Shown piece after piece: positions 52,152-61,668 of a stretch of 64,000 nt of DNA. Below the pieces are notes generated by a model. The model ran no database searches. It was given only the letters and a program-made list of their open reading frames with translations, and was not told where the DNA came from. The stretch comes from Candidatus Latescibacterota bacterium (GTDB taxonomy: Bacteria; Latescibacterota; UBA2968; SICM01). Each line of letters begins with the position of its first letter. The stretch's first letter is position 1. A program made the translations under genes and the position numbers. The DNA lies in the NCBI GenBank assembly GCA_965217865.1, contig CBDCJO010000002.1:2592001-2656000 (forward strand), given 5' to 3'.

Positions 52152-52160
52152 GAACAACTG

Positions 52161-53126
52161 TTGATCTACCGCACACTGGGTCGAACCGGGCTGGAGGTGT
52201 CGCGCCTTGGAATGGGCACCGGCGGACTCGATCCGCTAGGCCTTAAGAGCGGTCGCACGGAATCGGAGATGGTGGGGCTCCTGCACCGCGCCTTTGATTT
52301 GGGGATCAACCTGTTCGACACTTCGCCCGGCTATGGGAAGGGCCGCAGCGAAAGGATTCTCGGTCGCGCCCTCGTGGAATTGCCCCGGGATGAAGTCGTC
52401 GTCTCCACGCAGATCCCCCTGGCCACTTCAATGCCGGGGGAGCCGGCAAAAGTCTTGAACGCAGCCGAAGTCAGTGGAGCCGTGGACGAAAGCCTCGAGC
52501 GACTGCACACGGACCGCGTCGATGTCATTCTCATGGCAGTTTCCGGCCCTGAGTATTTCGACTGTGTTATGCAAGACCACGTGCCGGTACTGGAGAAGCT
52601 GAAACAAGAGGGCAAGACCCGCTTCATCGGTTCCAGCGAGATGACCCGTTCCGACGGTTCGCACGAATGGCTCAAACAAATCCTTCCCACCGGCGTGGTC
52701 GACGTGGCGATGATCGGCCACAACATGATCAACCAGTCGGCGCAGGATGTGGTCTTCCCCTGCTGTGCAGAACACAACATCGGTGTAATCAACGTCTTCA
52801 CGGTACGCAATCTCTTCGGGAATCCCCCACGCCTCAGAGAGGTCATTCAAGATCTCAAAAGACGGGGAAAGATAGCACCCGAGGCCCTTCCGGACGAAAC
52901 TCCCTTGGATTGGCTCCTGGAAGATCCCGAAGTCGGCTCACTGGTGGCAGCGGCCTACCGATACGCGTTGCACACCGAGCCGGTAACCGCGGTGATGAGC
53001 GGCACCATCGAACGATCGGAGCTGGAAGAAAACGTCGCCACATCCGGACAACCGCCCTTGCCCGAAAACCTGCGAGACAGGCTCAAGGAGATATTCGGCG
53101 GCATTGCCGAACCCATCGGGAACTGA
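52161..53126 (+). CDS. Aldo/keto reductase
   Basis: RTLGRTGLEVSRLG, GINLFDTSPGYG, SLERL.TD.VD; catalytic Lys and His appear substituted (STQ, LMA). Confidence 0.88.
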   Translation: MIYRTLGRTGLEVSRLGMGTGGLDPLGLKSGRTESEMVGLLHRAFDLGINLFDTSPGYGKGRSERILGRALVELPRDEVVVSTQIPLATSMPGEPAKVLNAAEVSGAVDESLERLHTDRVDVILMAVSGPEYFDCVMQDHVPVLEKLKQEGKTRFIGSSEMTRSDGSHEWLKQILPTGVVDVAMIGHNMINQSAQDVVFPCCAEHNIGVINVFTVRNLFGNPPRLREVIQDLKRRGKIAPEALPDETPLDWLLEDPEVGSLVAAAYRYALHTEPVTAVMSGTIERSELEENVATSGQPPLPENLRDRLKEIFGGIAEPIGN

Positions 53127-53145
53127 AGTCTGAAGGAGCGGAATG

Positions 53146-53335
53146 AAACTCCGACCTCTGCCTTTTGCTTTCCTGCTACTGCCACTTGTTACTGCTACTG
53201 CTTCCCTCGACCTCCGACCTCTGACATCTGACACCCGTCCCGGTTTCCGTCTCACGTTTCACGGTTTTTCTTTCCCTGCTCTTCGATCTTCAATCTTCAA
53301 TTTCCTCTGCCCCCCGACCTCTGACCTCTTACCTC
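53146..53335. repeat. Short tandem repeat mosaic between convergent genes
   Basis: CTCCGACCTCTGAC, CTGCTACTG, TCTCACG and TCTTCAA units. Confidence 0.8.
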
Positions 53336-56300
53336 TTAACAGGCATCCCCACAAATAGCCTGCTGAAGTCATCAACGAGTGGATCCTCCTCTTCCCCATC
53401 GGCAGCTCGCGCAAAGACGATCCCCGGGCGCTTCGCACGTCGCGCCCTTGCTAGCACGCCGTAACCCTTTGGCGCGCTTATTTCTCGCACTTCCTCAGCT
53501 TTCTTGCGTATCTCGAGTTGGACCCGCGCAAGCCCATTTCTCGCCCCGAAAACACGGGCAAAAACCTCTTCAGGCGTCAGGCCATCCCGCCAACCGTTGG
53601 GGATCGGAACAAGCTTTCCTTCCACGTCCGGTACGACCCCGCTGCCGCCCACGTATTGGCGAAGCTGGTGGACGCTACCGCGCGCCCCGCTTTTCGACAT
53701 CAGGATCACCTGTCCTATATTGTTGTCATCATACGCGCGAAAGCTCATCAACCGAGCCTCAACCTCCCCGGCAAAAGCCAGCCACTGATCAGGGTCGTTC
53801 TCCTCCGGTTGGGGTGGGAGATCCAAATCCTCCCCAATGAACGGGCTCACAGATGCACCCATCCCCTTTGCGACCTCGAAACCGAGCCGCATCAGCCGTT
53901 CGGAGGTTTCGAGGGCCTTTTGGCCCCCCTCGTGTTCAACGATGCGTTGCAGGGCGTTAATAAGGGTCCACCTCGTGATGATTCCGTCTTTTCTCCCCAC
54001 CTCGGCGCCCACGAGCTTCCCGATTTCCCCCCATCCTCTGGTGGAAAGACTCAACCAGGCAAGCCCGTACACCGCATCCATTCGGGGTGGAAGCAGATGG
54101 ATCAAATCGGGATCACGTTCAAGATGTGCGGCAACGGAAAGACGATCCCTCGCTTCCTCCTGCCCGGCCTGGGTGATCGGCAGGAAGACAGCGGCCTGAT
54201 CCCCGTCAAAGTCGGCGTTCATCATCTCGCATGCCAGAGGATGGAGGCGAATCACCCGGTCCGGATGCCGAACGGGACGAAATGCGATGAAGGACGTGGG
54301 CGAAAAGGTCGGTGCACGATATACGACCACCCACGAACGTTCCATAATCTTGTCGAGTGCTTTGCTCGCACGTTGACTGCGTTCACGCACCTCCTTCTCT
54401 CCTCCGAGCTCACGGATGACCAAAGGCCCGAATAAAGTCCAGGCGATCTCCTCAGCAAGCCCCACCTGATCGATACGCAGGTCTGGTCCTGGAACGATCA
54501 CCGTGCGTCCGCTGAAAGAAAACCGGCTGGCAAATTGCACGTGAGCGGGTGTGCGGAGGAAGCTCAAAGTGTCGCCAACGCCAAATTGCAAGTGGGAGGG
54601 AGTGAGAAGCACCTCGAAAAGGTCATTTACCCGGGCTTCGAGCTGGCCAACCGCATTCTCAGCCAGTGGATCCGGGGCCTGACTGTCGAGCATTCGTTCC
54701 AACCGCGCGTTGGCCTCCACCAGCGTCTTGAACTCAGGCAAATCCTTTAGCTCCCCCACCTCGGCCAGCGTGTGCTGACGAAGCCAGGGGTGCGGCAGCG
54801 GGCGCACCAGTTTGAGCGTCGCATCCTGAGGCCGTTCAAATCGGAACCTCAGCTTCCCATCCTGGAATTCAGCCAGGATGCCTGCGGCCGTCAGGCGCCG
54901 CACCAGGTCGGCGAATTTCGGAGCCGGGGGTCCAGCCTGCTCCACCACTCCGGTTGCAAGGCGCGTCGCGAGCCTCTCCGCATCGTCCCGGTCAGTCGCA
55001 AGCGTGTTGAAAACCTCCCGGACGGTCTCAAAGGCCTTCGCCTCACGCAGGGCCTGGTACTCGATTTCACCCACTCCTTGACACCTGCTTTTGTCCACCG
55101 AGGCGTGGATCTTGTTCCTGACGATGTGAAGGGTGCGCCCCCAGTAGACCCACCCCACCGTGCTCGGACGCTGAAGCTTCCGACCCTTGAGGGTGAGTGT
55201 CTCCATCCCGTCCTTTGTGAAACCCGCTTTCGTGAGGCGCGCGCGAATTTCGGCTTCATCCGGCGCCTTATACGGGGACACTACAGCCGGTTTCCCCTCG
55301 GCCTTCGCAATGCGGCCCATCACCGCCTCTCGAACCTGGCCAAAGTTCATCCGTGATGGGAGGCCGCAAACACTATAGATAAGTTCCACAGGCCTGCCGT
55401 CCGTCAGATGCGGCATCTCATCATCGGGAAGGATGCAGGACACCACCCCCTTGGCCCCGTGTCGGTTGCTTAGCTTGTCGCCCGGCTCAACGGGGTGGGG
55501 GAAGTTAAGTCTTTGGGCGCACGACTCGCTGATCACGACGGCATCTTCAAAAGTATTTGCATCCCAGGAGATGAAAGCGGTCAGAAGGCTGCGTCCACAC
55601 CAGAAGTCGGGTGCATCGGGTTCCGCACCGGTTTGAACATCAGCGGGTTCCGGATCCGGAGGGATCATCCACTGCCGCATCATGTTAGCCCCCATCAGTA
55701 GCCGGTTCGCATCGCTGTGTTCGATAAAGGGGATCATGGAGGCCGAGAGACCGAGGGCCGCCTCAGGACGATCATCGACAACGACCAGCCTCCCGTCGCG
55801 GATCTCGGCGCCATTTGCGATGGTAAGGATGCGGCCAATGTTAGGCCCCTCCGGCGTCTCAAAGGGGCACGTGCGGCCAAAGTGTCCGGGTGCCAGCACG
55901 TTTTCCCTGTCAGGTATGGACAGTCGTCGGAGAAACGTACGCCTGGCCAACCAGTTTGAACGATAGACAGGACCTTTCCCTTCAAGCTCATAGGCATTTA
56001 GATCAAAGAACTCCCGCACCCACGCGTCCAGAAGAAGCCACGTTCGGGCAAGCGGAGCGTCCCAGTGAAGGTTTTCTGGGGCTTCCCCCAGATGCGCCGC
56101 GATGAAGTCGTAGGCCTGTTCCCCGACGGAACGGATCTCAGCAGTCTCGAGCCTATCGTGAGAAGCGACAGGGGGCACCACCTGGCTTTCCCCATCGATC
56201 TCGAAGACCCCATCCGGATCCGGCTGCGGGATATCTTTGTAATCAATCTCTACCTCACTTTCTTTTCCTTGAAGAACGACCTTCACGTCACAGGTATAAG

Positions 56301-56424
56301 TGCCCGTCGACTTAACACGGTATCCAGCCAGAGGCAGCCGCTCACCCAGAAGTTGCGGCAGCCGTTTTTGAACAAACAGGTCCCACGACGCTTTATGCCA
56401 CGGGGCAGCATCGTTAGCGCTCAT
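53329..56424 (-). CDS. Miniature single-chain RNA polymerase beta-beta' fusion protein (1031 aa)
   Basis: RpoB blocks in order: GRTCPFETPEGPNIG, IPFIEHSDANRLLMGANMMRQ, FEDA, GDKLSNRHGAKG, PSRMNFGQ. RpoC blocks follow: SGRTVIVPGP, RAPT, NADFDGDQ, SGARGS, GARNGLA. Confidence 0.92.
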   Translation of the reverse strand: MSANDAAPWHKASWDLFVQKRLPQLLGERLPLAGYRVKSTGTYTCDVKVVLQGKESEVEIDYKDIPQPDPDGVFEIDGESQVVPPVASHDRLETAEIRSVGEQAYDFIAAHLGEAPENLHWDAPLARTWLLLDAWVREFFDLNAYELEGKGPVYRSNWLARRTFLRRLSIPDRENVLAPGHFGRTCPFETPEGPNIGRILTIANGAEIRDGRLVVVDDRPEAALGLSASMIPFIEHSDANRLLMGANMMRQWMIPPDPEPADVQTGAEPDAPDFWCGRSLLTAFISWDANTFEDAVVISESCAQRLNFPHPVEPGDKLSNRHGAKGVVSCILPDDEMPHLTDGRPVELIYSVCGLPSRMNFGQVREAVMGRIAKAEGKPAVVSPYKAPDEAEIRARLTKAGFTKDGMETLTLKGRKLQRPSTVGWVYWGRTLHIVRNKIHASVDKSRCQGVGEIEYQALREAKAFETVREVFNTLATDRDDAERLATRLATGVVEQAGPPAPKFADLVRRLTAAGILAEFQDGKLRFRFERPQDATLKLVRPLPHPWLRQHTLAEVGELKDLPEFKTLVEANARLERMLDSQAPDPLAENAVGQLEARVNDLFEVLLTPSHLQFGVGDTLSFLRTPAHVQFASRFSFSGRTVIVPGPDLRIDQVGLAEEIAWTLFGPLVIRELGGEKEVRERSQRASKALDKIMERSWVVVYRAPTFSPTSFIAFRPVRHPDRVIRLHPLACEMMNADFDGDQAAVFLPITQAGQEEARDRLSVAAHLERDPDLIHLLPPRMDAVYGLAWLSLSTRGWGEIGKLVGAEVGRKDGIITRWTLINALQRIVEHEGGQKALETSERLMRLGFEVAKGMGASVSPFIGEDLDLPPQPEENDPDQWLAFAGEVEARLMSFRAYDDNNIGQVILMSKSGARGSVHQLRQYVGGSGVVPDVEGKLVPIPNGWRDGLTPEEVFARVFGARNGLARVQLEIRKKAEEVREISAPKGYGVLARARRAKRPGIVFARAADGEEEDPLVDDFSRLFVGMPVKR

Positions 56425-57023
56425 TCCATCTCCTCCGATCCGGTTTCAAGGTCCTGCCATTCCTGCGCGATTCGCCTTCGTCCGTGATACAGGCGAGACT
56501 TGACGGTGCCCTCCGGAATGCCGAGCCTCTCAGCGACCTCTCGGACATCCATCTCCGCGTCGTAAATCATACGGAAGATATCACGCTTATCTTCTGGTAA
56601 TTCATCGATAAATTGCCGGAGCAGCTTGCCTTGCTCGGTCAGTTCCAGGAGGGCGTCCGGACCGAGGGTTGCGGCGTCTATCATCCAGCCGGGAGCTGAG
56701 CTTTCCTCATCATCGCTGGAATTCGGCAGGATTTCAAGGGGTTGCTCCCGTCGCCGCTGAACAGAGCGAAGGTGGTTGAAGGCCAGGTTGCTCGCGATGC
56801 GGAACAACCAGGCCCGAAAAGGGCCCTGATCGTTCCACTGCTCCGCACGGTTCCATACCCGCAGGAAAACCTCCTGCACCAGGTCCTCTGCCGCAGCCTT
56901 GTCCCGAACAAGCCGGGACAGATGTGAGAAGATCGCCTCGCTGTAGCGGTTGTACAGTTCCCTGAACGCGAACGCATCGCGCTTCAGAATCCGCTCTACG
57001 AGATCTCTATCGGCCTGCTCCAT
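56421..57023 (-). CDS. ECF sigma-70 factor, translationally coupled to the mini-RNAP gene
   Basis: AAEDLVQEVFLRVW, FRAWLFRIA.N, LGIPEGTVKSRL; ATGA stop/start overlap at 56421-56424. Confidence 0.95.
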   Translation of the reverse strand: MEQADRDLVERILKRDAFAFRELYNRYSEAIFSHLSRLVRDKAAAEDLVQEVFLRVWNRAEQWNDQGPFRAWLFRIASNLAFNHLRSVQRRREQPLEILPNSSDDEESSAPGWMIDAATLGPDALLELTEQGKLLRQFIDELPEDKRDIFRMIYDAEMDVREVAERLGIPEGTVKSRLYHGRRRIAQEWQDLETGSEEME

Positions 57024-57041
57024 GAGGGCCCTCTATGGAAA

Positions 57042-57069
57042 AGGACACCGACGCAGTTCCTGAGGTTCA
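57042..57069 (-). promoter_or_regulatory. Putative ECF promoter of the sigma/mini-RNAP operon
   Basis: TGAACC-N16-TGTCCT, about 19 bp upstream of the ATG. Confidence 0.5.
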
Positions 57070-57245
57070 TTTCTGAAGGAATTTTTTGGCTTTGAGGGTA
57101 TGGTCTGAAAGTAAAGGAAGGACAGGGAATGGGACTCGTGAGGTAATGAATGGAGCAGAAGAAGGGTGACAGGCCGATTTTCCATCCTCCATATCACCCG
57201 ACGCTTACCTGTTCAGGACAAAAGCAGAGCCAGGCATGGGCAAGG

Positions 57246-57698
57246 CTATTCAGCAAAAAGTTCTGGAATATGTTCTTTTGTTAGGAATGTCCGGAGCTCA
57301 GGATCAACTTTGTCTATGCCCTTGTAAGTTATCCATGAAAAAGAAAAAAGTGCTCCAGTTTCAGCGCCCACGGTTCCAATCCACTCCCAGGTGTCAGGCA
57401 ACTCCGTTTCGGGAGTGAAAAGGTAGTCTGTTCGGTCTACATCCGCCTGGATGAACGGCTTGAAGTATCTTGTCGTGCCGATCTTTCGGATAAGCTGTAG
57501 ATTCTTGATCCCGGACTCCTCATAGGTTTCCCGGTGCGCGGCTTGAAGAGGCGTCTCATTGTCTTCAACGTTTCCTCCGGGAAGACGGTAAAACGCGTAG
57601 CCCACCGATTTAAGTTCTAGAACCAGCAACTGACATCTCCTATCATCACCATATCTGACGATTAACGCAAAGGCCTTCTGAACAAGGGGATGATTCAC
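57246..57698 (-). CDS. NUDIX hydrolase
   Basis: Nudix box GGNVEDNETPLQAAHRETYEESGI. Confidence 0.92.
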   Translation of the reverse strand: MNHPLVQKAFALIVRYGDDRRCQLLVLELKSVGYAFYRLPGGNVEDNETPLQAAHRETYEESGIKNLQLIRKIGTTRYFKPFIQADVDRTDYLFTPETELPDTWEWIGTVGAETGALFSFSWITYKGIDKVDPELRTFLTKEHIPELFAE

Positions 57699-57780
57699 AG
57701 GAGATGGAGGTAATCGTTTTGGGTTATCGGTGTGGGTGCGGACTGAATCAATAAAATAAGCGGTAATTTTGACACAGAAA

Positions 57781-57818
57781 GAAAAATCACCCCACCAACG
57801 TTGGGGGGGGTGATTCTC
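57781..57818. terminator. Hairpin downstream of the ankyrin gene
   Basis: AATCACCCC...GGGGTGATT stem, T-rich on the minus-strand 3' side. Confidence 0.5.
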
Positions 57819-57892
57819 CGGGATCGATCGGCAACACGATTTTACACGCAGTTTGTGTGGGCTACTCCGCCATCAGTATTGGCTTGTTTTTC

Positions 57893-59516
57893 TCAAGATT
57901 TTGCGCCCGCCTGCCGAAGCATCTTCTCAAGTTCGTTGTGTCCACGTTTCTTGGCCCAGGCCAGAGGCGTTGCCCATGGCCGGTCGTCCGGAAGGTTGGT
58001 TTTTGCCCCACGTCCTAAAAGATGCTCAACCATGTCCTTTATGCCGCATCGGGCTGCCCACCCCAAAGGCGTTGAGCAGTATTCCTCGTCCCTGGCATTG
58101 ATATCTGCCCCGAATTCAAGAAAAAGGTCCGCTAGACCGATTCGTGTCTCATCAACGTTGCCATGTCTGGCGCAAAGGTCATGAAGGGGGGTCACCTGCT
58201 GCCAGTCCGGAAGATTCGGGTCCATTCCATGTTCCAATAACACACGTGTCATGTCAGGATTTGACCAGAGGTAGGTCCGACATCCAGTCACCACATCGGG
58301 GACACGAACGCCCCGCTTCAGAAGCATGTGCAGCATGTCCCAGTCACCTTTCTTAACAACCGCCGCAAATGCTCCACCACATCCCGACTTGCCGGCCCTC
58401 TCCGGATCTGAATCAGCCATGACAGCCATCGCGTCGAAATTACCCTCCCATACGTATCCGAAGGCATCCTGTCTTCCCCCATATCGATACATCAAATTTC
58501 TCATTTCCGTGGTTTTTGCCTGAGAGATACAGGTCCCACAAGAGTCTATATAGCTGTTGGGGGTCTGCCCCCTTTTCAAGCAGCATTTCTGCTATCTCCA
58601 GGTTGTTACAGTCTGATGCAGCGAGCAGAGCGGCGCCCTTCGGTGCGTATCGCCCTTCATGGAGTGAAGGGTCTGCACCGTGCTCCAGGAGCAATTTGGC
58701 AATTTCTGTATGGCCGTGCTCAACCGCGGACGACAGAGGCCGCTTCCCACAAGGCTGAGCATCGTTAGCCAGGGCGGGATTCTCCTTCAGGAGTACTCTT
58801 ACTCTTTCCAGATCACCGCAAACCGCCGCGACCGTGATTGAGTAACTGGCCCCTTTTGCCAGCAGATAGCCCACCATTTTCGGGTTATACCGCTTCATAA
58901 AGAAGGAACTCCCCCAAATCGCGAGATCGATCGGCTGGAATTTTTCTGCAACATACGTGTTCCCTGATGCCTGAACGGCGTCCAGTTCGGCCCCGTGATC
59001 AATCAGTAGACCGACAATGTCTATTCGTCCTGTCTTCACTGCAAGATGCAGCGGAGTACTCCCTTCTGCGTCGCGCAAGCCGACGACTGAGGGATCCTCC
59101 TGGATCAAGTCCTGTACCTGCTCCAGGTCGCAGGAAGACACCGCCTCGTGTATCCGGTGGGTTTTCTTAAGAGGCCCCCGCATTGATTCGATATATTTGG
59201 CCACTTCTTCGTGGCCACGATCGCGGGCTACGACCGTCAAGTCCTCTCCCCCGTGTCTTATAAATGTCGGGTCGGCTCCAGCCGCTATCAGAGTTTTGAC
59301 TGCTTCGAGATGCCCTTCTCGGACGGCGAAATGAATCGGTCGCGTGTACCAATATTCCGCACGCACGAGATTGGGATCGCGCTTCAAGAGTCGACGGATC
59401 TGCTCGACATCGCCGGCAATCGCCGCGCAAAGCATCTCCCAGATATCCGATCCGCGACAAGACCAGGATTGGATTAACCCTTCAGACTCTAACTCCCACG
59501 GTTTGATGATACGCAT
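57893..59516 (-). pseudogene. Ankyrin repeat protein with a frameshift in the G5 tract at 58559-58563 (possibly a sequencing error)
   Basis: Many TPLH/GAD ankyrin repeats; GADP joins NSYIDS if one base is removed. Confidence 0.85.
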
Positions 59517-59614
59517 CACTCTGTCCGTAAATTCTGTTTTCCGAGAAGGTCGGTTACCGCTCAGATTGTCTCGTACCATTTCAACGGATTGTCTAGGGCG
59601 CTCCCTGAGCTGTC

Positions 59615-59725
59615 TTTCCGATCTCCGACCTCTATCTTTGCTCTCCTGCAACTGCTACCTGCTACTGCTACTGCTACTGTTTTTCCCGACCTCTGACCTC
59701 CGAACCCTGGCCACTGCCTTTTCCC
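59615..59725. repeat. Short tandem repeat mosaic overlapping the 3' end of the methyltransferase gene
   Basis: (CTACTG)n and CCGACCTCTGACCTCCG. Confidence 0.75.
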
Positions 59726-60632
59726 CGTCTCCTCCAACCACCTTGGAAACCGCACTCACGTGATCCGGTGTCAATCCACAACATCCGCCGATTGCAGCAA
59801 CCCCGGATTCTACCCAGCCCTTGGCAAACCGGGCAAGCGTGTCCAATTCGATGTTCTCGAATTGCCAGTTGGGCATCTTGAAATAGCCGCTGTCCGGGTA
59901 CGCGTACACGGGCCCGCTGAATCGGGATGAAACAACCTCCAGGGCATCGGCAATCAGGTCACTCGGGGTGTGCATCAAACCCGCAGCCACAATCCCGGGT
60001 CGGTCGGCCAGTCCAACGATCTCCTCAAGCGAAAGATCTTCGTCAGACGCATATGACAAAACGCGACCATCCTCACCCCTTCGCGCCGAGAATCCCATCC
60101 AGACCGGAAGCCCGGTTTCCACAGCAGCGGCTGCAGCGATTTCGATCCGTTCCGGCAGGTACATCATCTCGAGTAAAATCAGGTCTACACCACACGCCTT
60201 CATCGTCGCCGTCATTTCGCCGAAGGTGTCTCGCAGTTGTTGGGCGGAAGGCTTCGGCATCCCCGGATACCCTTCCGTCCAATGGGAAAGGGACCCGGCC
60301 ACCGCGATCCCCTCGACACCGGCAAGCTCTCGAGCCCTATGTGCGATCTCGATAGCCGCTCGATTCACCTCATCAAATCGATCCCCGTACCCCGCCGCCT
60401 CCAGCATCGGCCTCGACGACGAGAACGTATTCGCCGTCACGACTCGAGCCCCCGCTCGCACGTAGTCGACGTGAATCTGCTCGAGCACATCGGACTGTTC
60501 GACGCTGGCCACCGCGCTCCAGGCAGCGTGATCCATCGACACGCCCCGCCGTTCCAATTCCGTCCCGATACCGCCGTCCAGAACAATCAGTTCTTTGGCG
60601 TCCAGCTTCTTCTGAATCGATTCATACGACAT
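59655..60632 (-). CDS. Homocysteine S-methyltransferase family protein
   Basis: VLDGGIGTEL, TANTF, IGGCCG; the third Zn Cys appears replaced (GLMHT). Confidence 0.9.
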   Translation of the reverse strand: MSYESIQKKLDAKELIVLDGGIGTELERRGVSMDHAAWSAVASVEQSDVLEQIHVDYVRAGARVVTANTFSSSRPMLEAAGYGDRFDEVNRAAIEIAHRARELAGVEGIAVAGSLSHWTEGYPGMPKPSAQQLRDTFGEMTATMKACGVDLILLEMMYLPERIEIAAAAAVETGLPVWMGFSARRGEDGRVLSYASDEDLSLEEIVGLADRPGIVAAGLMHTPSDLIADALEVVSSRFSGPVYAYPDSGYFKMPNWQFENIELDTLARFAKGWVESGVAAIGGCCGLTPDHVSAVSKVVGGDGEKAVARVRRSEVGKNSSSSSSR

Positions 60633-60705
60633 GCCAAAATCTTCCGCATAAATAGGGTAAGAATATATTAGGACGTCTGGTCCCTTAAGAAGCATTCCCT
60701 CAGCA

Positions 60706-61563
60706 TCACGCTTCTTCAGGGACGAATGGAGCGATCATCTTTCCCGGTCGCCTCGTTTGCTCCTCGAGAGGCGTACTGGCCCTCTCGAAGTCCAGGTCGG
60801 TCACCGGGAGATGCGAGTGGACAAGGGGCTCGTAAAGCTGGAACGCCTCCACGTACGGCAGCCTCGCGTGTACCCCCCACTGGAAACCCCGGACCTCCGT
60901 CACCTTTCTCCCGAGAGCGCCATCGTAGAACTGACTCTTTAACCTATCCATTGCCTTCACCTTCCGCACAACCACATCTTCGATGTCGATCAGGACGTGC
61001 GGGAACCGGGGACGAGCATAGTCGAGGATACTGGTCGTTCCCCCGGTGGCCTCGAAATAGACCCTGAGGGCCCGGAAGGGAGGCCTCTTCTCTCCTGGCA
61101 TCACCTCTTTGGCCCTCCGCAAGGCCAAGAGCGTCATCTGTCCGCAGAGTGCGTGCTGGTCGGCGACCCTGCTCTGCTCGATCGGACAATGCGTGATCAC
61201 GATATGGGGCCGCACCTCCCTGACCAGATCAGCCAGTTTCAGGACGATCCGCTCACTCACCTGCAGAAATGCGTCGTCGTATTTCAGAAAGCGGGCATCC
61301 TCTATACCCAGAATCGCAAGGCCTTCTTTTATCTCATTCTCTTTTACCTCTATGCCGGCCTTCACCTCGTCCTCTGTGATCGGCGCCTCCCGCTCTCGTT
61401 CCCGAGCCATGAGCGCCCAGTTGTGCGACTTCACGCCGTGTGTGAGAATCGCCACAGTAACACGGTCCCCCCGATCGGCGTGCTTTGCCATTGTACCGCC
61501 CACGGCGTCAAACGCATCCGCGGGGTGACAGGCCACCGCCAGGACATTCAGATTCTCTTCCAT
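60706..61563 (-). CDS. PIG-L/LmbE family deacetylase
   Basis: ACHPAD, VRPHIVITH, DQH, EAF. Confidence 0.88.
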   Translation of the reverse strand: MEENLNVLAVACHPADAFDAVGGTMAKHADRGDRVTVAILTHGVKSHNWALMAREREREAPITEDEVKAGIEVKENEIKEGLAILGIEDARFLKYDDAFLQVSERIVLKLADLVREVRPHIVITHCPIEQSRVADQHALCGQMTLLALRRAKEVMPGEKRPPFRALRVYFEATGGTTSILDYARPRFPHVLIDIEDVVVRKVKAMDRLKSQFYDGALGRKVTEVRGFQWGVHARLPYVEAFQLYEPLVHSHLPVTDLDFERASTPLEEQTRRPGKMIAPFVPEEA

Positions 61564-61668
61564 TTACGCCTCCAATATGCAAATAGGTTTCCTTCGCAAT
61601 TCCATTACCAATATCTTCAATTTGCAGCCGGCAGGACTCTGATATTGGCATTGACCGTTTTCCAGGGA

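Noticed and set aside
53329-56424. Housekeeping rpoB/rpoC, or a decayed rpoBC pseudogene
   Set aside because: It is under 40% of the normal combined length, has no rplL/rps context, and is one uninterrupted frame with catalytic motifs selectively retained.
45701-57023. EF-Tu paralog and mini-RNAP as a single functional system
   Set aside because: They are on opposite strands and separated by IS remnants and an unrelated catabolic operon; there is no evidence of linkage beyond proximity.
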